DNA of 64,000 nucleotides, from NCBI GenBank assembly GCA_964057225.1, contig CAXKVF010000076.1:744001-808000 (forward strand). The letters run 5' to 3'. The notes under the pieces are model-generated. The model had not been told where the DNA came from. It saw only the letters and a list, made by a program, of their open reading frames with translations, and did no database searches. This DNA is from Auanema rhodensis (lineage: Eukaryota > Animalia > Nematoda). Of the stretch, positions 41,601-57,500 are shown one piece after another. The stretch's first letter is position 1. The number at the start of each line of letters is the position of its first letter. The position numbers and the translations under genes were made by a program.

Positions 41601-44600
41601 CAAGTGCACATCACGTGTACATTTAATTAGCATAAATTAAAGTTCACGTAAATTTCAAAGTCATGGTTACCATGCACCAATATCAATAAAAATTTGTTTT
41701 TAGACTAATATGGACATGGGGAATCTAATTTTGAAAACCGCATCTCTTTATCTTTCACGTGAAGCGAGTTACATACCAAGTGCACATCACGTGTACATTT
41801 AATTAGCATAAATTAAAGTTCACGTAAATTTCAAAGTCATGGTTACCATGAACCAATATCAATAAAAATTTGTTTTTAGACTAATATGGACATGGGGAAT
41901 CTAATTTTGAAAACCGCATCTCTTTATCTTTCACGTGAAGCGAGTTACATACCAAGTGCACATCACGTGTACATTTAATTAGCATGAATTAAAGTTCACG
42001 TAAATTTCAAAGTCATGGTTACCATGAAGCAATATCAATAAAAATTTGTTTTTAGACTAATATGGACATGGGGAATCTAATTTTGAAAACCGCATCTCTT
42101 TATCTTTCAAGTGAAGCGAGTTACATACCAAGTGCACATCACGTGTACATTTAATTAGCATGAATTAAAGTTCACGTAAATTTCAAAGTCATGGTTACCA
42201 TGCACCAATATCAATAAAAATTTGTTTTTAGACTAATATGGACATGGGGAATCTAATTTTGAAAACCGCATCTCTTTATCTTTCACGTGAAGCGAGTTAC
42301 ATACCAAGTGCACATCACGTGTACATTTAATTAGCATAAATTAAAGTTCACGTAAATTTTGTTTTTAGACTAATATGGACATGGGGAATCTAATTTTGAA
42401 AACCGCATCTCTTTATCTTTCACGTGAAGCGAGTTACATACCAAGTGCACATCACGTGTACATTTAATTAGCATAAATTAAAGTTCACGTAAATTTCAAA
42501 GTCATGGTTACCATGCACCAATATCAATAAAAATTTGTTTTTAGACTAATATGGACATGGGGAATCTAATTTTGAAAACCGCATCTCTTTATCTTTCACG
42601 TGAAGCGAGTTACATACCAAGTGCACATCACGTGTACATTTAATTAGCATAAATTAAAGTTCACGTAAATTTCAAAGTCATGGTTACCATGAAGCAATAT
42701 CAATAAAAATTTGTTTTTAGACTAATATGGACATGGGGAATCTAATTTTGAAAACCGCATCTCTTTATCTTTCACGTGAAGCGAGTTACATACCAAGTGC
42801 ACATCACGTGTACATTTAATTAGCATGAATTAAAGTTCACGTAAATTTCAAAGTCATGGTTACCATGCACCAATATCAATAAAAATTTGTTTTTAGACTA
42901 ATATGGACATGGGGAATCTAATTTTGAAAACCGCATCTCTTTATCTTTCACGTGAAGCGAGTTACATACCAAGTGCACATCACGTGTACATTTAATTAGC
43001 ATAAATTAAAGTTCACGTAAATTTCAAAGTCATGGTTACCATGCACCAATATCAATAAAAATTTGTTTTTAGACTAATATGGACATGGGGAATCTAATTT
43101 TGAAAACCGCATCTCTTTATCTTTCACGTGAAGCGAGTTACATACCAAGTGCACATCACGTGTACATTTAATTAGCATAAATTAAAGTTCACGTAAATTT
43201 CAAAGTCATGGTTACCATGCACCAATATCAATAAAAATTTGTTTTTAGACTAATATGGACATGGGGAATCTAATTTTGAAAACCGCATCTCTTTATCTTT
43301 CACGTGAAGCGATTTACATACCAAGTGCACATCACGTGTACATTTAATTAGCATAAATTAAAGTTCACGTAAATTTCAAAGTCATGGTTACCATGCACCA
43401 ATATCAATAAAAATTTGTTTTTAGACTAATATGGACATGGGGAATCTAATTTTGAAAACCGCATCTCTTTATCTTTCACGTGAAGCGAGTTACATACCAA
43501 GTGCACATCACGTGTACATTTAATTAGCATGAATTAAAGTTCACGTAAATTTCAAAGTCATGGTTACCATGCACCAATATCAATAAAAATTTGTTTTTAG
43601 ACTAATATGGACATGGGGAATCTAATTTTGAAAACCGCATCTCTTTATCTTTCACGTGAAGCGAGTTACATACCAAGTGCACATCACGTGTACATTTAAT
43701 TAGCATAAATTAAAGTTCACGTAAATTTCAAAGTCATGGTTACCATGCACCAATATCAATAAAAATTTGTTTTTAGACTAATATGGACATGGGGAATCTA
43801 ATTTTGAAAACCGCATCTCTTTATCTTTCACGTGAAGCGAGTTACATACCAAGTGCACATCACGTGTACATTTAATTAGCATAAATTAAAGTTCACGTAA
43901 ATTTCAAAGTCATGGTTACCATGCACCAATATCAATAAAAATTTGTTTTTAGACTAATATGGACATGGGGAATCTAATTTTGAAAACCGCATCTCTTTAT
44001 CTTTCACGTGAAGCGATTTACATACCAAGTGCACATCACGTGTACATTTAATTAGCATAAATTAAAGTTCACGTAAATTTCAAAGTCATGGTTACCATGC
44101 ACCAATATCAATAAAAATTTGTTTTTAGACTAATATGGACATGGGGAATCTAATTTTGAAAACCGCATCTCTTTATCTTTCACGTGAAGCGAGTTACATA
44201 CCAAGTGCACATCACGTGTACATTTAATTAGCATAAATTAAAGTTCACGTAAATTTCAAAGTCATGGTTACCATGCACCAATATCAATAAAAATTTGTTT
44301 TTAGACTAATATGGACATGGGGAATCGAATTTTGAAAACCGCATCTCTTTATCTTTCACGTGAAGCGAGTTACATACCAAGTGCACATCACGTGTACATT
44401 TAATTAGCATAAATTAAAGTTCACGTAAATTTCAAAGTCATGGTTACCATGCACCAATATCAATAAAAATTTGTTTTTAGACTAATATGGACATGGGGAA
44501 TCTAATTTTGAAAACCGCATCTTTTTATCTTTCACGTGAAGAGAGTTACATACCAAGTGCACATCACGTGTACATTTAATTAGCATAAATTAAAGTTCAC

Positions 44601-46200
44601 GTAAATTTCAAAGTCATGGTTACCATGAACCAATATCAATAAAAATTTGTTTTTAGACTAATATGGACATGGGGAATCTAATTTTGAAAACCGCATCTCT
44701 TTATCTTTCACGTGAAGCGAGTTACATACCAAGTGCACATCACGTGTACATTTAATTAGCATAAATTAAAGTTCACGTAAATTTCAAAGTCATGGTTACC
44801 ATGCACCAATATCAATAAAAATTTGTTTTTAGACTAATATGGACATGGGAAATCTAATTTTGAAAACCGCATCTCTTTATCTTTCACGTGAAGCGAGTTA
44901 CATACCAAGTGCACATCACGTGTACATTTAATTAGCATAAATTAAAGTTCAGGTAAATTTCAAAGTCATGGTTACCATGCACCAATATCAATAAAAATTT
45001 GTTTTTAGACTAATATGGACATGGGGAATCTAATTTTGAAAACCGCATCTCTTTATCTTTCACGTGAAGCGAGTTACATACCAAGTGCACATCACGTGTA
45101 CATTTAATTAGCATAAATTAAAGTTCACGTAAATTTCAAAGTCATGGTTACCATGCACCAATATCAATAAAAATTTGTTTTTAGACTAATATGGACATGG
45201 GGAATCTAATTTTGAAAACCGCATCTCTTTATCTTTCACGTGAAGCGAGTTACATACCAAGTGCACATCACGTGTACATTTAATTAGCATAAATTAAAGT
45301 TCACGTAAATTTCAAAGTCATGGTTACCATGAAGCAATATCAATAAAAATTTGTTTTTAGACTAATATGGACATGGGGAATCTAATTTTGAAAACCGCAT
45401 CTCTTTATCTTTCACGTGAAGCGAGTTACATACCAAGTGCACATCACGTGTACATTTAATTAGCATAAATTAAAGTTCACGTAAATTTCAAAGTCATGGT
45501 TACCATGAAGCAATATCAATAAAAATTTGTTTTTAGACTAATATGGACATGGGGAATCTAATTTTGAAAACCGCATCTCTTTATCTTTCACGTGAAGCGA
45601 GTTACATACCAAGTGCACATCACGTGTACATTTAATTAGCATAAATTAAAGTTCACGTAAATTTCAAAGTCATGGTTACCATGAACCAATATCAATAAAA
45701 ATTTGTTTTTAGACTAATATGGACATGGGGAATCTAATTTTGAAAACCGCATCTCTTTATCTTTCACGTGAAGCGAGTTACATACCAAGTGCACATCACG
45801 TGTACATTTAATTAGCATGAATTAAAGTTCACGTAAATTTCAAAGTCATGGTTACCATGAAGCAATATCAATAAAAATTTGTTTTTAGACTAATATGGAC
45901 ATGGGGAATCTAATTTTGAAAACCGCATCTCTTTATCTTTCAAGTGAAGCGAGTTACATACCAAGTGCACATCACGTGTACATTTAATTAGCATGAATTA
46001 AAGTTCACGTAAATTTCAAAGTCATGGTTACCATGCACCAATATCAATAAAAATTTGTTTTTAGACTAATATGGACATGGGGAATCTAATTTTGAAAACC
46101 GCATCTCTTTATCTTTCACGTGAAGCGAGTTACATACCAAGTGCACATCACGTGTACATTTAATTAGCATAAATTAAAGTTCACGTAAATTTTGTTTTTA
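28325..46200 (-). repeat. Domain containing 8 copies of a 137-bp deletion monomer (39-bp deletion)
   Basis: The junction CACGTAAATTTTGTTTTTAGAC has its G at 28339, 31996, 33189, 35438, 36807, 38528, 42361 and 46194. The spacings 3657, 1193, 2249, 1369, 1721, 3833 and 3833 all equal n x 176 + 137. Confidence 0.95.
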
Positions 46201-48599
46201 GACTAATATGGACATGGGGAATCTAATTTTGAAAACCGCATCTCTTTATCTTTCACGTGAAGCGAGTTACATACCAAGTGCACATCACGTGTACATTTAA
46301 TTAGCATAAATTAAAGTTCACGTAAATTTCAAAGTCATGGTTACCATGCACCAATATCAATAAAAATTTGTTTTTAGACTAATATGGACATGGGGAATCT
46401 AATTTTGAAAACCGCATCTCTTTATCTTTCACGTGAAGCGAGTTACATACCAAGTGCACATCACGTGTACATTTAATTAGCATAAATTAAAGTTCACGTA
46501 AATTTCAAAGTCATGGTTACCATGAAGCAATATCAATAAAATTTTGTTTTTAGACTAATATGGACATGGGGAATCTAATTTTGAAAACCGCATCTCTTTA
46601 TCTTTCACGTGAAGCGAGTTACATACCAAGTGCACATCACGTGTACATTTAATTAGCATGAATTAAAGTTCACGTAAATTTCAAAGTCATGGTTACCATG
46701 CACCAATATCAATAAAAATTTGTTTTTAGACTAATATGGACATGGGGAATCTAATTTTGAAAACCGCATCTCTTTATCTTTCACGTGAAGCGAGTTACAT
46801 ACCAAGTGCACATCACGTGTACATTTAATTAGCATAAATTAAAGTTCACGTAAATTTCAAAGTCATGGTTACCATGCACCAATATCAATAAAAATTTGTT
46901 TTTAGACTAATATGGACATGGGGAATCTAATTTTGAAAACCGCATCTCTTTATCTTTCACGTGAAGCGAGTTACATACCAAGTGCACATCACGTGTACAT
47001 TTAATTAGCATAAATTAAAGTTCACGTAAATTTCAAAGTCATGGTTACCATGCACCAATATCAATAAAAATTTGTTTTTAGACTAATATGGACATGGGGA
47101 ATCTAATTTTGAAAACCGCATCTCTTTATCTTTCACGTGAAGCGATTTACATACCAAGTGCACATCACGTGTACATTTAATTAGCATAAATTAAAGTTCA
47201 CGTAAATTTCAAAGTCATGGTTACCATGCACCAATATCAATAAAAATTTGTTTTTAGACTAATATGGACATGGGGAATCTAATTTTGAAAACCGCATCTC
47301 TTTATCTTTCACGTGAAGCGAGTTACATACCAAGTGCACATCACGTGTACATTTAATTAGCATAAATTAAAGTTCACGTAAATTTCAAAGTCATGGTTAC
47401 CATGCACCAATATCAATAAAAATTTGTTTTTAGACTAAAATGGACATGGGGAATCGAATTTTGAAAACCGCATCTCTTTATCTTTCACGTAAAGCGAGTT
47501 ACATACCAAGTGCACATCACGTGTACATTTAATTAGCATAAATTAAAGTTCACGTAAATTTCAAAGTCATGGTTACCATGCACCAATATCAATAAAAATT
47601 TGTTTTTAGACTAATATGGACATGGGGAATCTAATTTTGAAAACCGCATCTCTTTATCTTTCACGTGAAGCGAGTTACATACCAAGTGCACATCACGTGT
47701 ACATTTAATTAGCATAAATTAAAGTTCACGTAAATTTCAAAGTCATGGTTACCATGAAGCAATATCAATAAAAATTTGTTTTTAGACTAATATGGACATG
47801 GGGAATCTAATTTTGAAAACCGCATCTCTTTATCTTTCACGTGAAGCGAGTTACATACCAAGTGCACATCACGTGTACATTTAATTAGCATAAATTAAAG
47901 TTCACGTAAATTTCAAAGTCATGGTTACCATGCACCAATATCAATAAAAATTTGTTTTTAGACTAATATGGACATGGGGAATCTAATTTTGAAAACCGCA
48001 TCTCTTTATCTTTCACGTGAAGCGAGTTACATACCAAGTGCACATCACGTGTACATTTAATTAGCATAAATTAAAGTTCACGTAAATTTCAAAGTCATGG
48101 TTACCATGCACCAATATCAATAAAAATTTGTTTTTAGACTAATATGGACATGGGGAATCTAATTTTGAAAACCGCATCTCTTTATCTTTCACGTGAAGCG
48201 ATTTACATACCAAGTGCACATCACGTGTACATTTAATTAGCATAAATTAAAGTTCACGTAAATTTCAAAGTCATGGTTACCATGCACCAATATCAATAAA
48301 AATTTGTTTTTAGACTAATATGGACATGGGGAATCTAATTTTGAAAACCGCATCTCTTTATCTTTCACGTGAAGCGAGTTACATACCAAGTGCACATCAC
48401 GTGTACATTTAATTAGCATAAATTAAAGTTCACGTAAATTTCAAAGTCATGGTTACCATGCACCAATATCAATAAAAATTTGTTTTTAGACTAATATGGA
48501 CATGGGGAATCGAATTTTGAAAACCGCATCTCTTTATCTTTCACGTGAAGCGAGTTACATACCAAGTGCACATCACGTGTACATTTAATTAGCATAAAT

Positions 48600-51500
48600 T
48601 AAAGTTCACGTAAATTTCAAAGTCATGGTTACCATGCACCAATATCAATAAAAATTTGTTTTTAGACTAATATGGACATGGGGAATCTAATTTTGAAAAC
48701 CGCATCTCTTTATCTTTCACGTGAAGCGAGTTACATACCAAGTGCACATTACGTGTACATTTAATTAGCATAAATTAAAGTTCACGTAAATTTCAAAGTC
48801 ATGGTTACCATGAACCAATATCAATAAAAATTTGTTTTTAGACTAATATGGACATGGGGAATCTAATTTTGAAAACCGCATCTCTTTAACTTTCACGTGA
48901 AGCGAGTTACATACCAAGTGCACATCACGTGTACATTTAATTAGCATAAATTAAAGTTCACGTAAATTTCAAAGTCATGGTTACCATGCACCAATATCAA
49001 TAAAAATTTGTTTTTAGACTAATATGGACATGGGGAATCTAATTTTGAAAACCGCATCTCTTTATCTTTCACGTGAAGCGAGTTACATACCAAGTGCACA
49101 TCACGTGTACATTTAAATAGCATAAATTAAAGTTCACGTAAATTTCAAAGTCATGGTTACCATGCACCAATATCAATAAAAATTTGTTTTTAGACTAATA
49201 TGGACATGGGGAATCTAATTTTGAAAACCGCATCTCTTTATCTTTCACGTGAAGCGAGTTACATACCAAGTGCACATCACGTGTACATTTAATTAGCATA
49301 AATTAAAGTTCACGTAAAATTCAAAGTCATGGTTACCATGCACCAATATCAATAAAAATTTGTTTTTAGACTAATATGGACATGGGGAATCTAATTTTGA
49401 AAACCGCATCTCTTTATCTTTCACGTGAAGCGAGTTACATACCAAGTGCACATCACGTGTACATTTAATTAGCATAAATTAAAGTTCACGTAAATTTCAA
49501 AGTCATGGTTACCATGAACCAATATCAATAAAAATTTGTTTTTAGACTAATGTGGACATGGGGAATCTAATTTTGAAAACCGCATCTCTTTATCTTTCAC
49601 GTGAAGCGAGTTACATACCAAGTGCACATCACGTGTACATTTAATTAGCATAAATTAAAGTTCACGTAAATTTCAAAGTCATGGTTACCATGAAGCAATA
49701 TCAATAAAAATTTGTTTTTAGACTAATATGGACATGGGGAATCTAATTTTGAAAACCGCATCTCTTTATCTTTCACGTGAAGCGAGTTACATACCAAGTG
49801 CACATCACGTGTACATTTAATTAGCATAAATTAAAGTTCACGTAAATTTCAAAGTCATGGTTACCATGAACCAATATCAATAAAAATTTGTTTTTAGACT
49901 AATATGGACATGGGGAATCTAATTTTGAAAACCGCATCTCTTTATCTTTCACGTGAAGCGAGTTACATACCAAGTGCACATCACGTGTACATTTAATTAG
50001 CATAAATTAAAGTTCACGTAAATTTCAAAGTCATGGTTACCATGAACCAATATCAATAAAAATTTGTTTTTAGACTAATATGGACATGGGGAATCTAATT
50101 TTGAAAACCGCATCTCTTTATCTTTCACGTGAAGCGAGTTACATACCAAGTGCACATCACGTGTACATTTAATTAGCATAAATTAAAGTTCACGTAAATT
50201 TCAAAGTCATGGTTACCATGAACCAATATCAATAAAAATTTGTTTTTAGACTAATATGGACATGGGGAATCTAATTTTGAAAACCGCATCTCTTTATCTT
50301 TCACGTGAAGCGAGTTACATACCAAGTGCACATCACGTGTACATTTAATTAGCATAAATTAAAGTTCACGTAAATTTCAAAGTCATGGTTACCATGAACC
50401 AATATCAATAAAAATTTGTTTTTAGACTAATATGGACATGGGAAATCTAATTTTGAAAACCGCATTTCTTTATCTTTCACGTGAAGCGAGTTACATACCA
50501 AGTGCACATCACGTGTACATTTAATTAGCATAAATTAAAGTTCACGTAAATTTCAAAGTCATGGTTACCATGAAGCAATATCAATAAAAATTTGTTTTTA
50601 GACTAATATGGACATGGGGAATCTAATTTTGAAAACCGCATCTCTTTATCTTTCACGTGAAGCGAGTTACATACCAAGTGCACATCACGTGTACATTTAA
50701 TTAGCATAAATTAAAGTTCACGTAAATTTCAAAGTCATGGTTACCATGAACCAATATCAATAAAAATTTGTTTTTAGACTAATATGGACATGGGGAATCT
50801 AATTTTGAAAACCGCATTTCTTTATCTTTCACGTGAAGCGAGTTACATACCAAGTGCACATCACGTGTACATTTAATTAGCATAAATTAAAGTTCACGTA
50901 AATTTCAAAGTCATGGTTACCATGCACCAATATCAATAAAAATTTGTTTTTAGACTAATATGGACATGGGGAATCTAATTTTGAAAACCGCATCTCTTTA
51001 TCTTTCACGTGAAGCGAGTTACATACCAAGTGCACATCACGTGTACATTTAAATAGCATAAATTAAAGTTCACGTAAATTTCAAAGTCATGGTTACCATG
51101 AACCAATATCAATAAAAATTTGTTTTTAAACTAATATGGACATGGGGAATCTAATTTTGAAAACCGCATCTCTTTATCTTTCACGTGAAGCGAGTTACAT
51201 ACCAAGTGCACATCACGTGTACATTTAATTAGCATAAATTAAAGTTCACGTAAACTTCAAAGTCATGGTTACCATGAAGCAATATCAATAAAATCTTGTT
51301 TTTAGACTAATATGGACATGGGGAATCTAATTTTGAAAACCGCATCTCTTTATCTTTCACGTGAAGCGAGTTACATACCAAGTGCACATCACGTGTACAT
51401 TTAATTAGCATAAATTAAAGTTCACGTAAATTTCAAAGTCATGGTTACCATGAACCAATATCAATAAAAATTTGTTTTTAGACTAATATGGACATGGGGA

Positions 51501-54500
51501 ATCTAATTTTGAAAACCGCATCTCTTTATCTTTCACGTGAAGCGAGTTACATACCAAGTGCACATCACGTGTACATTTAATTAGCATAAATTAAAGTTCA
51601 CGTAAATTTCAAAGTCATGGTTACCATGCACCAATATCAATAAAAATTTGTTTTTAGACTAATATGGACATAGGGAATCTAATTTTGAAAACCGCATCTC
51701 TTTATCTTTCACGTGAAGCGAGTTACATACCAAGTGCACATCACGTGTACATTTAATTAGCATAAATTAAAGTTCACGTAAATTTCAAAGTCATGGTTAC
51801 CATGAACCAATATCAATAAAAATTTGTTTTTAGACTAATATGGACATGGGGAATCTAATTTTGAAAACCGCATCTCTTTATCTTTCACGTGAAGCGAGTT
51901 ACATACCAAGTGCACATCACGTGTACATTTAATTAGCATAAATTAAAGTTCACGTAAATTTCAAAGTCATGGTTACCATGCACCAATATCAATAAAAATT
52001 TGTTTTTAGACTAATATGGACATGGGGAATCTAATTTTGAAAACCGCATCTCTTTATCTTTCACGTGAAGCGAGTTACATACCAAGTGCACATTACGTGT
52101 ACATTTAATTAGCATAAATTAAAGTTCACGTAAATTTCAAAGTCATGGTTACCATGAACCAATATCAATAAAAATTTGTTTTTAGACTAATATGGACATG
52201 GGGAATCTAATTTTGAAAACCGCATCTCTTTAACTTTCACGTGAAGCGAGTTACATACCAAGTGCACATCACGTGTACATTTAATTAGCATAAATTAAAG
52301 TTCACGTAAATTTCAAAGTCATGGTTACCATGCACCAATATCAATAAAAATTTGTTTTTAGACTAATATGGACATGGGGAATCTAATTTTGAAAACCGCA
52401 TCTCTTTATCTTTCACGTGAAGCGAGTTACATACCAAGTGCACATCACGTGTACATTTAAATAGCATAAATTAAAGTTCACGTAAATTTCAAAGTCATGG
52501 TTACCATGCACCAATATCAATAAAAATTTGTTTTTAGACTAATATGGACATGGGGAATCTAATTTTGAAAACCGCATCTCTTTATCTTTCACGTGAAGCG
52601 AGTTACATACCAAGTGCACATCACGTGTACATTTAATTAGCATAAATTAAAGTTCACGTAAAATTCAAAGTCATGGTTACCATGCACCAATATCAATAAA
52701 AATTTGTTTTTAGACTAATATGGACATGGGGAATCTAATTTTGAAAACCGCATCTCTTTATCTTTCACGTGAAGCGAGTTACATACCAAGTGCACATCAC
52801 GTGTACATTTAATTAGCATAAATTAAAGTTCACGTAAATTTCAAAGTCATGGTTACCATGAACCAATATCAATAAAAATTTGTTTTTAGACTAATGTGGA
52901 CATGGGGAATCTAATTTTGAAAACCGCATCTCTTTATCTTTCACGTGAAGCGAGTTACATACCAAGTGCACATCACGTGTACATTTAATTAGCATAAATT
53001 AAAGTTCACGTAAATTTCAAAGTCATGGTTACCATGAAGCAATATCAATAAAAATTTGTTTTTAGACTAATATGGACATGGGGAATCTAATTTTGAAAAC
53101 CGCATCTCTTTATCTTTCACGTGAAGCGAGTTACATACCAAGTGCACATCACGTGTACATTTAATTAGCATAAATTAAAGTTCACGTAAATTTCAAAGTC
53201 ATGGTTACCATGAACCAATATCAATAAAAATTTGTTTTTAGACTAATATGGACATGGGGAATCTAATTTTGAAAACCGCATCTCTTTATCTTTCACGTGA
53301 AGCGAGTTACATACCAAGTGCACATCACGTGTACATTTAATTAGCATAAATTAAAGTTCACGTAAATTTCAAAGTCATGGTTACCATGCACCAATATCAA
53401 TAAAAATTTGTTTTTAGACTAATATGGACATGGGGAATCTAATTTTGAAAACCGCATCTCTTTATCTTTCACGTGAAGTGAGTTACATACCAAGTGCACA
53501 TCACGTGTACATTTAATTAGCATAAATTAAAGTTCACGTAAATTTCAAAGTCATGGTTACCATGAACCAATATCAATAAAAATTTGTTTTTAGACTAATA
53601 TGGACATGGGGAATCTAATTTTGAAAACCGCATCTCTTTATCTTTCACGTGAAGCGAGTTACATACCAAGTGCACATCACGTGTACATTTAATTAGCATA
53701 AATTAAAGTTCACGTAAATTTCAAAGTCATGGTTACCATGAACCAATATCAATAAAAATTTGTTTTTAGACTAATATGGACATGGGAAATCTAATTTTGA
53801 AAACCGCATTTCTTTATCTTTCACGTGAAGCGAGTTACATACCAAGTGCACATCACGTGTACATTTAATTAGCATAAATTAAAGTTCACGTAAATTTCAA
53901 AGTCATGGTTACCATGAAGCAATATCAATAAAAATTTGTTTTTAGACTAATATGGACATGGGGAATCTAATTTTGAAAACCGCATCTCTTTATCTTTCAC
54001 GTGAAGCGAGTTACATACCAAGTGCACATCACGTGTACATTTAATTAGCATAAATTAAAGTTCACGTAAATTTCAAAGTCATGGTTACCATGAACCAATA
54101 TCAATAAAAATTTGTTTTTAGACTAATATGGACATGGGGAATCTAATTTTGAAAACCGCATCTCTTTATCTTTCACGTGAAGCGAGTTACATACCAAGTG
54201 CACATCACGTGTACATTTAATTAGCATAAATTAAAGTTCACGTAAATTTCAAAGTCATGGTTACCATGAACCAATATCAATAAAAATTTGTTTTTAGACT
54301 AATATGGACATGGGAAATCTAATTTTGAAAACCGCATTTCTTTATCTTTCACGTGAAGCGAGTTACATACCAAGTGCACATCACGTGTACATTTAATTAG
54401 CATAAATTAAAGTTCACGTAAATTTCAAAGTCATGGTTACCATGAAGCAATATCAATAAAAATTTGTTTTTAGACTAATATGGACATGGGGAATCTAATT

Positions 54501-57500
54501 TTGAAAACCGCATCTCTTTATCTTTCACGTGAAGCGAGTTACATACCAAGTGCACATCACGTGTACATTTAATTAGCATAAATTAAAGTTCACGTAAATT
54601 TCAAAGTCATGGTTACCATGAACCAATATCAATAAAAATTTGTTTTTAGACTAATATGGACATGGGGAATCTAATTTTGAAAACCGCATTTCTTTATCTT
54701 TCACGTGAAGCGAGTTACATACCAAGTGCACATCACGTGTACATTTAATTAGCATAAATTAAAGTTCACGTAAATTTCAAAGTCATGGTTACCATGCACC
54801 AATATCAATAAAAATTTGTTTTTAGACTAATATGGACATGGGGAATCTAATTTTGAAAACCGCATCTCTTTATCTTTCACGTGAAGCGAGTTACATACCA
54901 AGTGCACATCACGTGTACATTTAAATAGCATAAATTAAAGTTCACGTAAATTTCAAAGTCATGGTTACCATGAACCAATATCAATAAAAATTTGTTTTTA
55001 AACTAATATGGACATGGGGAATCTAATTTTGAAAACCGCATCTCTTTATCTTTCACGTGAAGCGAGTTACATACCAAGTGCACATCACGTGTACATTTAA
55101 TTAGCATAAATTAAAGTTCACGTAAACTTCAAAGTCATGGTTACCATGAAGCAATATCAATAAAATCTTGTTTTTAGACTAATATGGACATGGGGAATCT
55201 AATTTTGAAAACCGCATCTCTTTATCTTTCACGTGAAGCGAGTTACATACCAAGTGCACATCACGTGTACATTTAATTAGCATAAATTAAAGTTCACGTA
55301 AATTTCAAAGTCATGGTTACCATGAACCAATATCAATAAAAATTTGTTTTTAGACTAATATGGACATGGGGAATCTAATTTTGAAAACCGCATCTCTTTA
55401 TCTTTCACGTGAAGCGAGTTACATACCAAGTGCACATCACGTGTACATTTAAATAGCATAAATTAAAGTTCACGTAAATTTCAAAGTCATGGTTACCATG
55501 CACCAATATCAATAAAAATTTGTTTTTAGACTAATATGGACATGGGGAATCTAATTTTGAAAACCGCATCTCTTTATCTTTCACGTGAAGCGAGTTACAT
55601 ACCAAGTGCACATCACGTGTACATTTAATTAGCATAAATTAAAGTTCACGTAAAATTCAAAGTCATGGTTACCATGCACCAATATCAATAAAAATTTGTT
55701 TTTAGACTAATATGGACATGGGGAATCTAATTTTGAAAACCGCATCTCTTTATCTTTCACGTGAAGCGAGTTACATACCAAGTGCACATCACGTGTACAT
55801 TTAATTAGCATAAATTAAAGTTCACGTAAATTTCAAAGTCATGGTTACCATGAACAAATATCAATAAAAATTTGTTTTTAGACTAATATGGACATGGGGA
55901 ATCTAATTTTGAAAACCGCATCTCTTTATCTTTCACGTGAAGTGAGTTACATACCAAGTGCACATCACGTGTACATTTAATTAGCATAAATTAAAGTTCA
56001 CGTAAATTTCAAAGTCATGGTTACCATGAACCAATATCAATAAAAATTTGTTTTTAGACTAATGTGGACATGGGGAATCTAATTTTGAAAACCGCATCTC
56101 TTTATCTTTCACGTGAAGCGAGTTACATACCAAGTGCACATCACGTGTACATTTAATTAGCATAAATTAAAGTTCACGTAAATTTCAAAGTCATGGTTAC
56201 CATGAAGCAATATCAATAAAAATTTGTTTTTAGACTAATATGGACATGGGGAATCTAATTTTGAAAACCGCATCTCTTTATCTTTCACGTGAAGCGAGTT
56301 ACATACCAAGTGCACATCACGTGTACATTTAATTAGCATAAATTAAAGTTCACGTAAATTTCAAAGTCATGGTTACCATGAACCAATATCAATAAAAATT
56401 TGTTTTTAGACTAATATGGACATGGGGAATCTAATTTTGAAAACCGCATCTCTTTATCTTTCACGTGAAGCGAGTTACATACCAAGTGCACATCACGTGT
56501 ACATTTAATTAGCATAAATTAAAGTTCACGTAAATTTCAAAGTCATTGTTACCATGAACCAATATCAATAAAAATTTGTTTTTAGACTAATATGGACATG
56601 GGGAATCTAATTTTGAAAACCGCATCTCTTTATCTTTCACGTGAAGCGAGTTACATACCAAGTGCACATCACGTGTACATTTAATTAGCATAAATTAAAG
56701 TTCACGTAAATTTCAAAGTCATGGTTACCATGCACCAATATCAATAAAAATTTGTTTTTAGACTAATATGGACATGGGGAATCTAATTTTGAAAACCGCA
56801 TCTCTTTATCTTTCACGTGAAGCGAGTTACATACCAAGTGCACATCACGTGTACATTTAATTAGCATAAATTAAAGTTCACGTAAATTTCAAAGTCATGG
56901 TTACCATGAAGCAATATCAATAAAAATTTGTTTTTAGACTAATATGGACATGGGGAATCTAATTTTGAAAACCGCATCTCTTTATCTTTCACGTGAAGCG
57001 AGTTACATACCAAGTGCACATCACGTGTACATTTAATTAGCATAAATTAAAGTTCACGTAAATTTCAAAGTCATGGTTACCATGAACCAATATCAATAAA
57101 AATTTGTTTTTAGACTAATATGGACATGGGAATCTAATTTTGAAAACCGCATTTCTTTATCTTTCACGTGAAGCGAGTTACATACCAAGTGCACATCACG
57201 TGTACATTTAATTAGCATAAATTAAAGTTCACGTAAATTTCAAAGTCATGGTTACCATGCACCAATATCAATAAAAATTTGTTTTTAGACTAATATGGAC
57301 ATGGGGAATCTAATTTTGAAAACCGCATCTCTTTATCTTTCACGTGAAGCGAGTTACATACCAAGTGCACATCACGTGTACATTTAAATAGCATAAATTA
57401 AAGTTCACGTAAATTTCAAAGTCATGGTTACCATGAACCAATATCAATAAAAATTTGTTTTTAAACTAATATGGACATGGGGAATCTAATTTTGAAAACC

